DNA of 64,000 nucleotides from a virus (taxonomy: Duplodnaviria; Caudoviricetes): positions 34,307 through 98,306 of IMG/VR virus record IMGVR_UViG_3300028533_000217; one strand, given 5' to 3'. The first letter of the stretch is position 1; every line of letters begins with the position of its first letter. Of this stretch, positions 19,310-27,992 are shown piece after piece. The notes below the pieces were generated by a model. The model worked only from the letters and a program-made list of their open reading frames with translations, was not told where the DNA came from and searched no databases. The position numbers were made by a program, and so were the translations under genes.

Positions 19310-20023
19310 ATGAGTAAATGGAAAAATTTAGAATTTATAGGATCTGAAAAGGAAATAAATAAAATATCTTTATCAACAATAGAATCTTTAAAAAGAAATT
19401 ATAAATTATTAATAAACCAAGAAGTTATAATACCTGCAATGGTAGATTGTTTTATAGATTCAGCAATGTATGAAAGCTTACAAATGTTAGGAGCTGATAA
19501 AGTTAGAAGTGAGCTTAACTTATTTGAAATGTTAAGAATAGTTCATGAAGTAATACCAGGAGAAGAAAAACCTGAATTGTTAACAATAATAAGTTTAGGT
19601 AGAATGGCTATGAGAAGATTAGAATTAGAAATACCGAGTGATGATATAGAAGAAACTATGAATAGTGTAGCAGATGTTGATGTTAAACTATTAGAAATGA
19701 TATCAATAAGAGCTGCACAATATTTAGAAGATAGACATGGATTAGTAATTAGAGATTGGCAAATAATATTTAAAGTTGCAGAAGTATTCTTTAATGAAAT
19801 GATAGCATTCATTAAAGTTAACACAGTAACAGATGATACGTTAGTTGTATTTGATCAATTTTCAATAGTTTTAGATGACAGTGGGAAATTTGAATCTATA
19901 GAATTATCAGAATATGCTCAAAAGACAATTGAAGCTATATATGAAAATGTATTATCTGAAGTTAAAAGATTAATTGATGAGGATGACGCTTTTGCTGAAA
20001 ATAATAGCAAAGGAGGTAAATAA
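19310..20023 (+). CDS. Hypothetical protein, paralog of 20504-21250 with internal two-domain repeat
   Basis: IIPAM..F....LNLFEML / IFKV..VF...VVFDQF repeat pattern shared with downstream genes. Confidence 0.6.
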   Translation: MSKWKNLEFIGSEKEINKISLSTIESLKRNYKLLINQEVIIPAMVDCFIDSAMYESLQMLGADKVRSELNLFEMLRIVHEVIPGEEKPELLTIISLGRMAMRRLELEIPSDDIEETMNSVADVDVKLLEMISIRAAQYLEDRHGLVIRDWQIIFKVAEVFFNEMIAFIKVNTVTDDTLVVFDQFSIVLDDSGKFESIELSEYAQKTIEAIYENVLSEVKRLIDEDDAFAENNSKGGK

Positions 20024-20025
20024 TT

Positions 20026-20493
20026 ATGATAGAAGACTTCAAAAATCTATTTAGACATATGTTGTATAAACATTGTAATATATTAGTAAATGATTTATCC
20101 GAAGTAATTGATGAAGTATCAACATTTATCCATGAAAAGGTTGAACCTTATGTAAAAGAATCAGGTGATAGACTTGTTGTTCATGGTATAGAACTAATAT
20201 ACGATGATAATAAAATTATATGGAAATTATTTGATGGTGATTTTACAAATGTGTTGTTAGTAGATTTTTCAAATATAGATTATATCTTTGAAGATAAAGA
20301 GGAGTATATATTAAAAATAAAACAAAAATATGAACACTATCCAAAAGAATTTTATAATAAATCATTCTTTGCATTTATGGATGCCTTAGCTGATTTGGTA
20401 TATAGTAGTGAGTTCATAGAAGAGGAATTAAACGTATTTGATTTATGTATATTACACAACAATGGAGAGAATAATATAATATATGAAGTATAG
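20026..20493 (+). CDS. Hypothetical protein (possible same family)
   Basis: FFAFMDAL...LNVFDL pattern. Confidence 0.55.
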   Translation: MIEDFKNLFRHMLYKHCNILVNDLSEVIDEVSTFIHEKVEPYVKESGDRLVVHGIELIYDDNKIIWKLFDGDFTNVLLVDFSNIDYIFEDKEEYILKIKQKYEHYPKEFYNKSFFAFMDALADLVYSSEFIEEELNVFDLCILHNNGENNIIYEV

Positions 20494-20503
20494 GGGGTAA
20501 AAT

Positions 20504-21250
20504 ATGAGTAATAAAATAAATTACCTTAATACAGTACCATGTATGGAAGCTATGGACCGCATAGCTTCCAAAACTTTTATACGATTAAGTTATGAATATG
20601 GGATTTGTATGATCCGTAGAGAATTAATCCCTTCTATGGGTTCAATATGTCTTAAAAGTTTGATAAGTAATTTAGGATCTATGAGGGGAAATAATATGGC
20701 AGTGTATATTAATTTATTTGACATATTAACATTAGGATTAGTCGAACTAAATTTTGATGAAACTGAAAAAGCAACTAACATATTACCAGATTTTAGAATA
20801 GGACCTAAAGGTTGTTTATGTTCTGGTATGGAATATGAAAAATATTTAAAATATCAAATGCCTATAGAAAAATATAACGGTAGAGTTATAGAAATAGAAT
20901 CTAATAAACAAACATGGGACGATTTAGTTAGAGAAATGATTGATGCTTGTTATATCAATATAGGATTAAGATTAGAAGATTATAATCTAATAACTATATT
21001 CTTAAATATATTCTTAGAAGAAGTATTTTATGATTTAGGTATGAATAAACAAAAAGATTATGCTTACAAATTATTTGATATATTGTATTTTAATTATAAA
21101 GAAGAAGACGATTTATGGGGAACAGATGTTATGCCGGAATATAAACTTATGGTTAAAGATGACACATATAGTGAATTGAAGATTGAAAAATCAATTGAGG
21201 AATTTAAGAAAGAGAATGATAATGGTTTAAAACCATTAAGATATCAATAA
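20504..21250 (+). CDS. Hypothetical protein, possibly tandem HU/IHF-like domains
   Basis: INLFDILTLG...ILPDFRIGPKG and YKLFDIL...PEYKLMVKDD. Confidence 0.45.
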   Translation: MSNKINYLNTVPCMEAMDRIASKTFIRLSYEYGICMIRRELIPSMGSICLKSLISNLGSMRGNNMAVYINLFDILTLGLVELNFDETEKATNILPDFRIGPKGCLCSGMEYEKYLKYQMPIEKYNGRVIEIESNKQTWDDLVREMIDACYINIGLRLEDYNLITIFLNIFLEEVFYDLGMNKQKDYAYKLFDILYFNYKEEDDLWGTDVMPEYKLMVKDDTYSELKIEKSIEEFKKENDNGLKPLRYQ

Positions 21251-21253
21251 GGA

Positions 21254-21466
21254 GTGTATAATATGGAAAGAAAATTATCAGAAATATTAAAAGAGTTAGC
21301 TGAATTAGAAGAAGAATACGCAAGAATAAATGATGAAATGGAAGAATCTGAAGAAAAAGATGATATGTTGTCGTATCTTTCACTTGCTATGGATTATTTA
21401 GATTGTTGTTTGATGTATGGTGATTATATAAATGATACAGGAATGGATTATGATTATTATAATTAG
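21254..21466 (+). CDS. Small highly acidic protein
   Basis: RBS aaggag; D/E-rich. Confidence 0.6.
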   Translation: MYNMERKLSEILKELAELEEEYARINDEMEESEEKDDMLSYLSLAMDYLDCCLMYGDYINDTGMDYDYYN

Positions 21467-21478
21467 GAGGGCAATTAT

Positions 21479-23143
21479 ATGTATAAAATGTTAAGTGAAT
21501 ATACAAGAACTTTTGATGATAAATTAAATTTACCTCTAATTAATAGAGAGTTAGATAAACCATTATATATTTACGTATACGAAACGATTAAATCGTTGGA
21601 GGTATTCGAATCTATAAAGATTTTAGGATATGAATATAATGAAAATCCTAATGATATAAAACTTAACGATTATATAAGAACTAGATCACAAAATGGTAAG
21701 AAAGTTCAAGAAGATCCTGTAGAAGTTATGTATATGAGTGAATCTAGATGTGGTGAACTTAAGATTCATTATGAGCTATCTATAGATGTTAAACAAGAAG
21801 ATGGTAGCGTTAAGATGATGAGTAAAACTTATACAAAGAATATATTAATTCCTATAAAGGATCAAGATGGTTATTATATGCTTAAAGGAAAGAGATATAT
21901 TTTAATGTATCAGTTAGTTGATTCAACAACATATAGTACATCAAATAGTGTCGTGCTTAAATCTATAATGCCTATTACATTAAAAAGAAAAACAAAAGTA
22001 ATTCATGATGTTGATAGAAATCCATATACAATCCCATTATATTTCACGAATATATTTAAGAATGAAATTAATATGATGTTATTATTCTTCTCTAAGATGG
22101 GATTTGTGGAATCATTAATATATTTCAGCATGGATAAAGTTATAAGTTTATCATTGACATTAGGAGATGATTTAGATAAGTACGTATATTTTAAAATAAG
22201 CAACGACGCATTTGTTAAAGTGAACAGATTCGCATTTGAAGAATCTATTGAAGTTAAATCTATAACAGGAATGATATTAGATTTAGTTAATAATAGAGTT
22301 TCAGTATCTGATATGGTGGATACAAATTTCTGGTTAGAGAAATTAGGTCATCAACCTAATATTCAACAACCTAACTTTAAAAGAGCAAAAGCGAGAAATC
22401 TTCTATTATCCGTTGACCGTATGATGGATATGACAACTAGAAGAGTTCTTAATATATCAGCAGATCATAAAGATAGTATGTATAGTGCATTAAGATGGAT
22501 GTTTATGAATTATAACGATCTAAAGAGTAAAAGAATTATGGACATAACTAATAAAAGATTAAGAGATAATGAATATATAGCTTCATTAATGACAAGAGAG
22601 TTAAGTAATTCTCTATATAGAATCATGAGTAAAGTAAGAAAACCGCAATCAAGAAATTTAAATACATTAGAAGAATTATTTTCGTTTAGAGGTGATATAT
22701 TAATAACTAATCTTTATAATTCGGGATTATTTAAGTTTGATGATACGGTTAATGATATGGATTTCTTCAATAAGTTACGTTATACAATTAAGGGACCAAA
22801 TTCACAAGGAAATTCATCTGGAAAAACTATAGCTACATGTCAAAGAGGTATAGATCCTTCATTTGTAGGTAGAATAGATTTAAATGTTGTAGGAAACTCT
22901 TCTCCAGGTGAAACAGGTGTGTTGACGCCATTCATAAAAACATATGGATTAAATATATCAGATAAAAAAGAACCTGAAGACGGACAATATAAATTATTCA
23001 AAATTATAGAAGAAGCGGTTAAAAATGAATATGAATATATAGAACATTTCGGAATAGAAAATTATGATGATTATTATAAAATGGTAAACAAGTTATATGA
23101 AACAACAAGTGGTTGTTCTATAATAACATCTAAAAAAGAATAA
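21479..23143 (+). CDS. Non-virion RNA polymerase beta subunit, N-terminal part
   Basis: IPIKDQDGYYMLKGKRYILMYQL; RGIDPSFVGRIDL...SPGETGVL (beta region D equivalent). Confidence 0.85.
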   Translation: MYKMLSEYTRTFDDKLNLPLINRELDKPLYIYVYETIKSLEVFESIKILGYEYNENPNDIKLNDYIRTRSQNGKKVQEDPVEVMYMSESRCGELKIHYELSIDVKQEDGSVKMMSKTYTKNILIPIKDQDGYYMLKGKRYILMYQLVDSTTYSTSNSVVLKSIMPITLKRKTKVIHDVDRNPYTIPLYFTNIFKNEINMMLLFFSKMGFVESLIYFSMDKVISLSLTLGDDLDKYVYFKISNDAFVKVNRFAFEESIEVKSITGMILDLVNNRVSVSDMVDTNFWLEKLGHQPNIQQPNFKRAKARNLLLSVDRMMDMTTRRVLNISADHKDSMYSALRWMFMNYNDLKSKRIMDITNKRLRDNEYIASLMTRELSNSLYRIMSKVRKPQSRNLNTLEELFSFRGDILITNLYNSGLFKFDDTVNDMDFFNKLRYTIKGPNSQGNSSGKTIATCQRGIDPSFVGRIDLNVVGNSSPGETGVLTPFIKTYGLNISDKKEPEDGQYKLFKIIEEAVKNEYEYIEHFGIENYDDYYKMVNKLYETTSGCSIITSKKE

Positions 23144-23167
23144 AAATAATTAATTGGGGTTGGGATT

Positions 23168-23926
23168 ATGCAGCGTATAGATAGAACGGGTGAGGTTAAT
23201 GTTAATAAATATGGAACTAAAATGAAAATTGTTGAATATTATAGTGCCAAAAATATAATAGTTGAATTTCAAGATGAATATAAATACAGAGTCCACACGG
23301 AGTATAAAAATTTTAAGGAAGGATGTGTTAGAAATGTTTATGATAAATCAGTATATGGGGTTGGTATGTTTGGTGAAGGTAAATATGATAGGGTGCATTA
23401 TTTAAAACTTTATAATAGTTGGCAACATATGCTTAGACGTTGCTATGATCCATATACGTTAAATGTTGATATGTCTTATATAGATTGTTTTGTAGATGAA
23501 AGATTTCACAATCTTCAAGATTTTGGGAAATGGTTTGAAGATAATTATTATGAAGTTGGTAATGAATTAATGTGTTTAGATAAAGATATATTAGTTAAAA
23601 ATAATAAAATTTATTCTCCTGATACATGTGTTTTCGTACCTGAGAGAATCAATAAACTGTTTATACGTAATTGCAGTACAAGAGGTAAACTTCCTATAGG
23701 TATTTATAAACATGATAATAGATATATAGGACGATGTAATATTGTTGAAAATGGTAAGGAGAAAAGAATAGTTGTATCAGATTCAAAAAGTTTAACTGAA
23801 GCATTTTTAGGTTATAAAGATTTTAAAGAAACTTATATCAAAGCGGTAGCAAACACCTATAAGAACAGGATTCCTGATAAAGTTTACAATGCAATGATTA
23901 GTTATAGGGTTGAATGGGATGATTAG
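23168..23926 (+). CDS. Free-standing HNH-type homing endonuclease
   Basis: YNSWQHMLRRCY, FQDF.KW-like segment, LDKDILVKNNKIYSPDTCVFVPERINKLF. Confidence 0.8.
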   Translation: MQRIDRTGEVNVNKYGTKMKIVEYYSAKNIIVEFQDEYKYRVHTEYKNFKEGCVRNVYDKSVYGVGMFGEGKYDRVHYLKLYNSWQHMLRRCYDPYTLNVDMSYIDCFVDERFHNLQDFGKWFEDNYYEVGNELMCLDKDILVKNNKIYSPDTCVFVPERINKLFIRNCSTRGKLPIGIYKHDNRYIGRCNIVENGKEKRIVVSDSKSLTEAFLGYKDFKETYIKAVANTYKNRIPDKVYNAMISYRVEWDD

Positions 23927-23987
23927 TAACAAAAAAAGAATGATTTAATTATCATTCTTTTTTCTTATAAAAAAATATAAATCACAT

Positions 23988-23999
23988 AACAAAAAAGTA
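23988..23999 (+). promoter_or_regulatory. Late promoter AACA-N6-TA
   Basis: AACA aaaaag TA. Confidence 0.6.
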
Positions 24000-24045
24000 A
24001 CGGAAAAATGAATAAATAAAATTTGAATTTTTAGGAGGTAATTAT

Positions 24046-25818
24046 ATGGGTGATAATAGATTATCATTTAACGTGTTTAGTGATGCGGATACAATGTTAG
24101 TTAAGGTTGTATGTGTTGAAGGTGTCGGTGCTATTTTAACATACACTGACAAGTTTAAAATGTTTAAAGAAGCCCATAAAACAACAGCAGAAAATTTAGA
24201 AAAAATATTAAATTCATTAAACGAATTATTTGCATACGGTCATATAGATGACGACATTGAATTAGTTAGAGTTTCAATGAGTATGTTAGAATCATTACCT
24301 TTTACATTCTATTTAGAATATTTAGAAGATACAGTTTCATCAAAAATAAATAGAGATCCGATGGAAGATTTTAATCCGATATTATTCGATATGAACATAT
24401 TTCCAGATATGATGAGTATGAAAGGGGATGTTCCGGATATGTTAAATGTTGATAATTTTATGTTAAGTCCAAAGAAAGATAGTGTTTCTAAAAAAGAAGA
24501 ACCTAAGAGAACTAGCCTTACATTTGATGATGTAGTTGGTATGCATGAAGTAAAAGAAAAATTAAGAGATGTTATAGATCAATTTAAAAATGCTGAAAAA
24601 TATAAAGCATGGCATATAAAACCAATAAAAGGTATATTATTATATGGACCTTCTGGTACAGGTAAATCTTATATATCTGAAGCATTTGCTAATGAGATAG
24701 ATGCTAAATTCTTCCCATTATCATCTGCAGATATAATAAGTAAGTACCTAGGAGAATCAGGTAAATCAATAAGAGCTAAATTTGAAGAAGCTAGAAAACA
24801 TCCTTTATCTATAATATATATAGATGAAGTTGACTCAATAGCTGCTAAGAGAGATGGTTCTGAAAACAATAAAGAAAGAAATGCTACATTAAATGAACTT
24901 CTAGTTCAAATGGCTTCACCAGAAAATGATAATGTTATAATGATATTCGCAACAAATATGCTTGAATTATTAGACCCTGCATTCTTAAGATCAGGAAGAT
25001 GTGACTTTAAAATAGAAGTTTCATTACCAGATTTTGATTGTAGAAAAGGTATATTAGAATTAAATTCTAAAGATAGACCAATAGCAGAAGATGTTGATTT
25101 TGATAAAATAGCAAGAAACATGAGTGGTATGAACTGTGCAGATATGGCAGTAGTTGCAAATGAAGCTGCTCGTAAAGCATTAAAAGCAGGTAAAGATGTA
25201 ATAGAAGTTGAAGATTTTGAAAAAGCATTCGAAGAAATGATATGTGGTGCTAAATCTGAAACTAAGAGATTAGGTGAAAAAGAAAAAGAAATAGTTTCTA
25301 TACATGAAACAGGACATTTATTTGCTAATGAAATATTCAAAGTAAATAAAACTAAAAAGATATCAATATTACCTAGAGGTACAACTTTAGGATTTGTAAT
25401 GCATGCAAACGAAGAAGAGGATGATAAATTCTTACAAAGCAAAGAAGAATTATTAAATAGAATAAGAGTTTGTTTAGCTGGTAGAGCTGCTGAAGAAGTA
25501 TTCTTCGGTGATGTTACAACTGGTGCAGCAAACGATTTAGAAAAAGCTAACAACATAGTTAATGCAATGGTATGTAACTATGGATTAGTTGAAGAATTAG
25601 GATTATCAACATTTGATCCTAAAAACCCAATGATAATATTCACAATACAAAAACATGTGGATAAAATATTAAAAGATTGCTATAGAGATGTTATAAATAT
25701 GGTTGTAGAAAATAAAGATAAAATGAGAGATTTTGCAGAAGTGTTAAAAGAAAAAGAAGAAATGACAGGAGAAGAAATAAACGAAATATTATATCCTGAA
25801 ACAGCAGATGCTGAATAA
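24046..25818 (+). CDS. ftsH: FtsH-like AAA+ zinc metalloprotease (M41)
   Basis: Walker A GPSGTGKS, Walker B IYIDEVD, SRH DPAFLRSGRCD, HETGH, LAGRAAEE, GAANDL. Confidence 0.92.
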   Translation: MGDNRLSFNVFSDADTMLVKVVCVEGVGAILTYTDKFKMFKEAHKTTAENLEKILNSLNELFAYGHIDDDIELVRVSMSMLESLPFTFYLEYLEDTVSSKINRDPMEDFNPILFDMNIFPDMMSMKGDVPDMLNVDNFMLSPKKDSVSKKEEPKRTSLTFDDVVGMHEVKEKLRDVIDQFKNAEKYKAWHIKPIKGILLYGPSGTGKSYISEAFANEIDAKFFPLSSADIISKYLGESGKSIRAKFEEARKHPLSIIYIDEVDSIAAKRDGSENNKERNATLNELLVQMASPENDNVIMIFATNMLELLDPAFLRSGRCDFKIEVSLPDFDCRKGILELNSKDRPIAEDVDFDKIARNMSGMNCADMAVVANEAARKALKAGKDVIEVEDFEKAFEEMICGAKSETKRLGEKEKEIVSIHETGHLFANEIFKVNKTKKISILPRGTTLGFVMHANEEEDDKFLQSKEELLNRIRVCLAGRAAEEVFFGDVTTGAANDLEKANNIVNAMVCNYGLVEELGLSTFDPKNPMIIFTIQKHVDKILKDCYRDVINMVVENKDKMRDFAEVLKEKEEMTGEEINEILYPETADAE

Positions 25819-25859
25819 TCATAAGCCTATGAGATTAATTTCTCATAGGCTTTTCATAT

Positions 25860-25900
25860 TGTAAAAAGATCAATTTTCGATTATATATTATATAATTGAT
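25860..25900 (+). promoter_or_regulatory. Putative early promoter
   Basis: TGTAAAAAGATCAATTTTCGATTATATATTATATAATTGAT. Confidence 0.75.
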
Positions 25901-25932
25901 AACAATAAAATATAACAAGGAGGTAATATTAT

Positions 25933-26679
25933 ATGAATAATTATGGATATGGAAATTGTGTAATATGTATTGAAGGGGATGAGAATATATATTCTGTAGT
26001 TCCTTATTATAAAGGAATTAAGTTGGAAAAGAATACAGGATATCTTAAAGATGGATTAGTATATATCTATAGAGGAGATATATCTAGACAAAAGAAATTT
26101 AAAACAGGAATATTTACAGACAAGAAAGGTCATGTGTTCTTCTCAATGGATCCGGAAGAAGCTAGTAAATATTCATTTGAGAATATAAAAGACGATTCAA
26201 TACAATCAATAATAAAACAAGCGGAGAAAGTAGACCCGATGTTAAAAAGAAAGATAATGAAACAAATAACACAATCTTCAGATATCTATCTTCCTGAGTT
26301 AGATCCTGGAGTAGATGATTGTTTCAAACATATGGTAAAACTTATGTTACATGATAAAAAGATTGACTTGAAACAATTTAAAGACAAGTTTGTTAAAAGT
26401 CATTCATTAACAAATTTAAAAGCCTCATTAGAAACAAAATCTAGTCCTGATGGAAAGAAAGGTTCTCTAACATATGCAAACTTATGTAGATGGTTAGAAA
26501 TATTAGATATGGATATGGAAATAACATTTAAAGACAGTGAAAATTCAGAATATCCTTGTGGAAAAATATTTAAATATGATAGTAATAACGGATATACAAC
26601 TGAATGGGCTGAAGGATTTGAAGAACTAGAAGACGAATTAAATAACTTAGAAGGAGAAGATGAATATGAAGACGAGTAA
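25933..26679 (+). CDS. Hypothetical protein, possible C-terminal HTH-like region
   Basis: SLTNLKASL...LTYANLCRWLEILDMDMEITF. Confidence 0.55.
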   Translation: MNNYGYGNCVICIEGDENIYSVVPYYKGIKLEKNTGYLKDGLVYIYRGDISRQKKFKTGIFTDKKGHVFFSMDPEEASKYSFENIKDDSIQSIIKQAEKVDPMLKRKIMKQITQSSDIYLPELDPGVDDCFKHMVKLMLHDKKIDLKQFKDKFVKSHSLTNLKASLETKSSPDGKKGSLTYANLCRWLEILDMDMEITFKDSENSEYPCGKIFKYDSNNGYTTEWAEGFEELEDELNNLEGEDEYEDE

Positions 26680-26941
26680 TGAACAATTGTACCAAGCAAT
26701 AAAAATAAAAATATTAGATGATTTAAATATAGCATATGAAGTGTTTAAAGAAGAGGGATTTGAAAATTTAGGAGGTGTTATATTACAACTAAATTCAACA
26801 AAAGGATTTGGTGAATATATAAAAAACGAACCTAAAAAATTATCTGACTTTTTAGAACATCTTTATACACATTTAGATTTTCTAGTTCACATAACTTTTG
26901 GTGAACATGTGGAGGAAGAATTCTTTCCTCTGCTAGACTAG
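26660..26941 (+). CDS. Hypothetical protein
   Basis: ORF overlapping the upstream stop. Confidence 0.5.
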   Translation: MNMKTSNEQLYQAIKIKILDDLNIAYEVFKEEGFENLGGVILQLNSTKGFGEYIKNEPKKLSDFLEHLYTHLDFLVHITFGEHVEEEFFPLLD

Positions 26942-26995
26942 AATTTCATTGAATGATATACAATATGATAGGAAAATAAAAAAATATTTTAATCA

Positions 26996-27937
26996 ATGGA
27001 GGTAGTTGATATGGATTATTTTATATGGGACCGTGAAGAATCATTATTAGGGTTATCTGCTGGAACGATATTAAATTCTCGTGCAGATTTTAAATATGGT
27101 ACAGTAATAGTTATTCATAAAAAAGGCGATAGAAAAAACGTTGTTATGATGGAAACTTTACAAGGATTACGAGATCTTTATGAAATAGACAGCACTAATC
27201 CTGATGTGGTTGGGTTTGTTGTAGCTGTTATATTAGCTCAAGAACAAGCTCAAACTATAAAAGAAAAATTAGAACAACAAGACGATGAAAATAAAGACGA
27301 ATTATTAGAAACTTACACAGGATTATTAGAAGACTTAAATTCTAAAATGAACGATATGAATATAGATGTTAAAAAGGATGAAAAAACATTGTTAATACCT
27401 TTAGCATTAAGTTATATTGATCCTGAATGTAGTATATTAGATTTATCTGACATTGATGAAGATGTTGAAGAAAAAACAATAACTGTTGTATTGGACCATG
27501 TATTCATATCAGGTGAAAAAGCTGTAGACGAATTAAAATGCGCAGTTAATTTTAAGAATGAATTGGATAAACTATTATCTGATAAGTACATTCAGAAAAA
27601 ACAAAACGATGAAGATGCGTTAGCTATAACTGAAAGGAAAATAGAAATGTTGGAATCAGAAGTTAGTGACGAGTCTGATGCTTTATTAAGAATAAACGTA
27701 AATAAAGTTTATCAGTATCCTAACGTAGTAATTTGTGATTGTGAAAATGGTCAGACGTTATATATACAAAGAGAAGCCATAAATACAATTAAGAATAGCT
27801 CGATAGCATATGAAAAAAGACGTGAAGGAAGTAATGAAAAATATAAAGTTCATTATAAGATAATGAATATAAATTTAAATACATTCCATAACGAATTATT
27901 AGAAAGAGGTAATTCAGTATTTGTTATAGAGATATAA
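26996..27937 (+). CDS. Hypothetical protein
   Basis: 313-aa ORF, RBS ggagg before ATG at 27011. Confidence 0.7.
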   Translation: MEVVDMDYFIWDREESLLGLSAGTILNSRADFKYGTVIVIHKKGDRKNVVMMETLQGLRDLYEIDSTNPDVVGFVVAVILAQEQAQTIKEKLEQQDDENKDELLETYTGLLEDLNSKMNDMNIDVKKDEKTLLIPLALSYIDPECSILDLSDIDEDVEEKTITVVLDHVFISGEKAVDELKCAVNFKNELDKLLSDKYIQKKQNDEDALAITERKIEMLESEVSDESDALLRINVNKVYQYPNVVICDCENGQTLYIQREAINTIKNSSIAYEKRREGSNEKYKVHYKIMNINLNTFHNELLERGNSVFVIEI

Positions 27938-27992
27938 TTATAACTCCAACCTATAAGGTTGGAGTTTTATCTTTTTATATTGGAGGTAAAAT

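Noticed and set aside
24906-25556. Long antisense ORFs (e.g. 24906-25556, 13991-14377, 29555-29974, 56002-56673)
   Set aside because: Shadows of strongly codon-biased genes on the opposite strand; S/I/L/F-rich, no RBS
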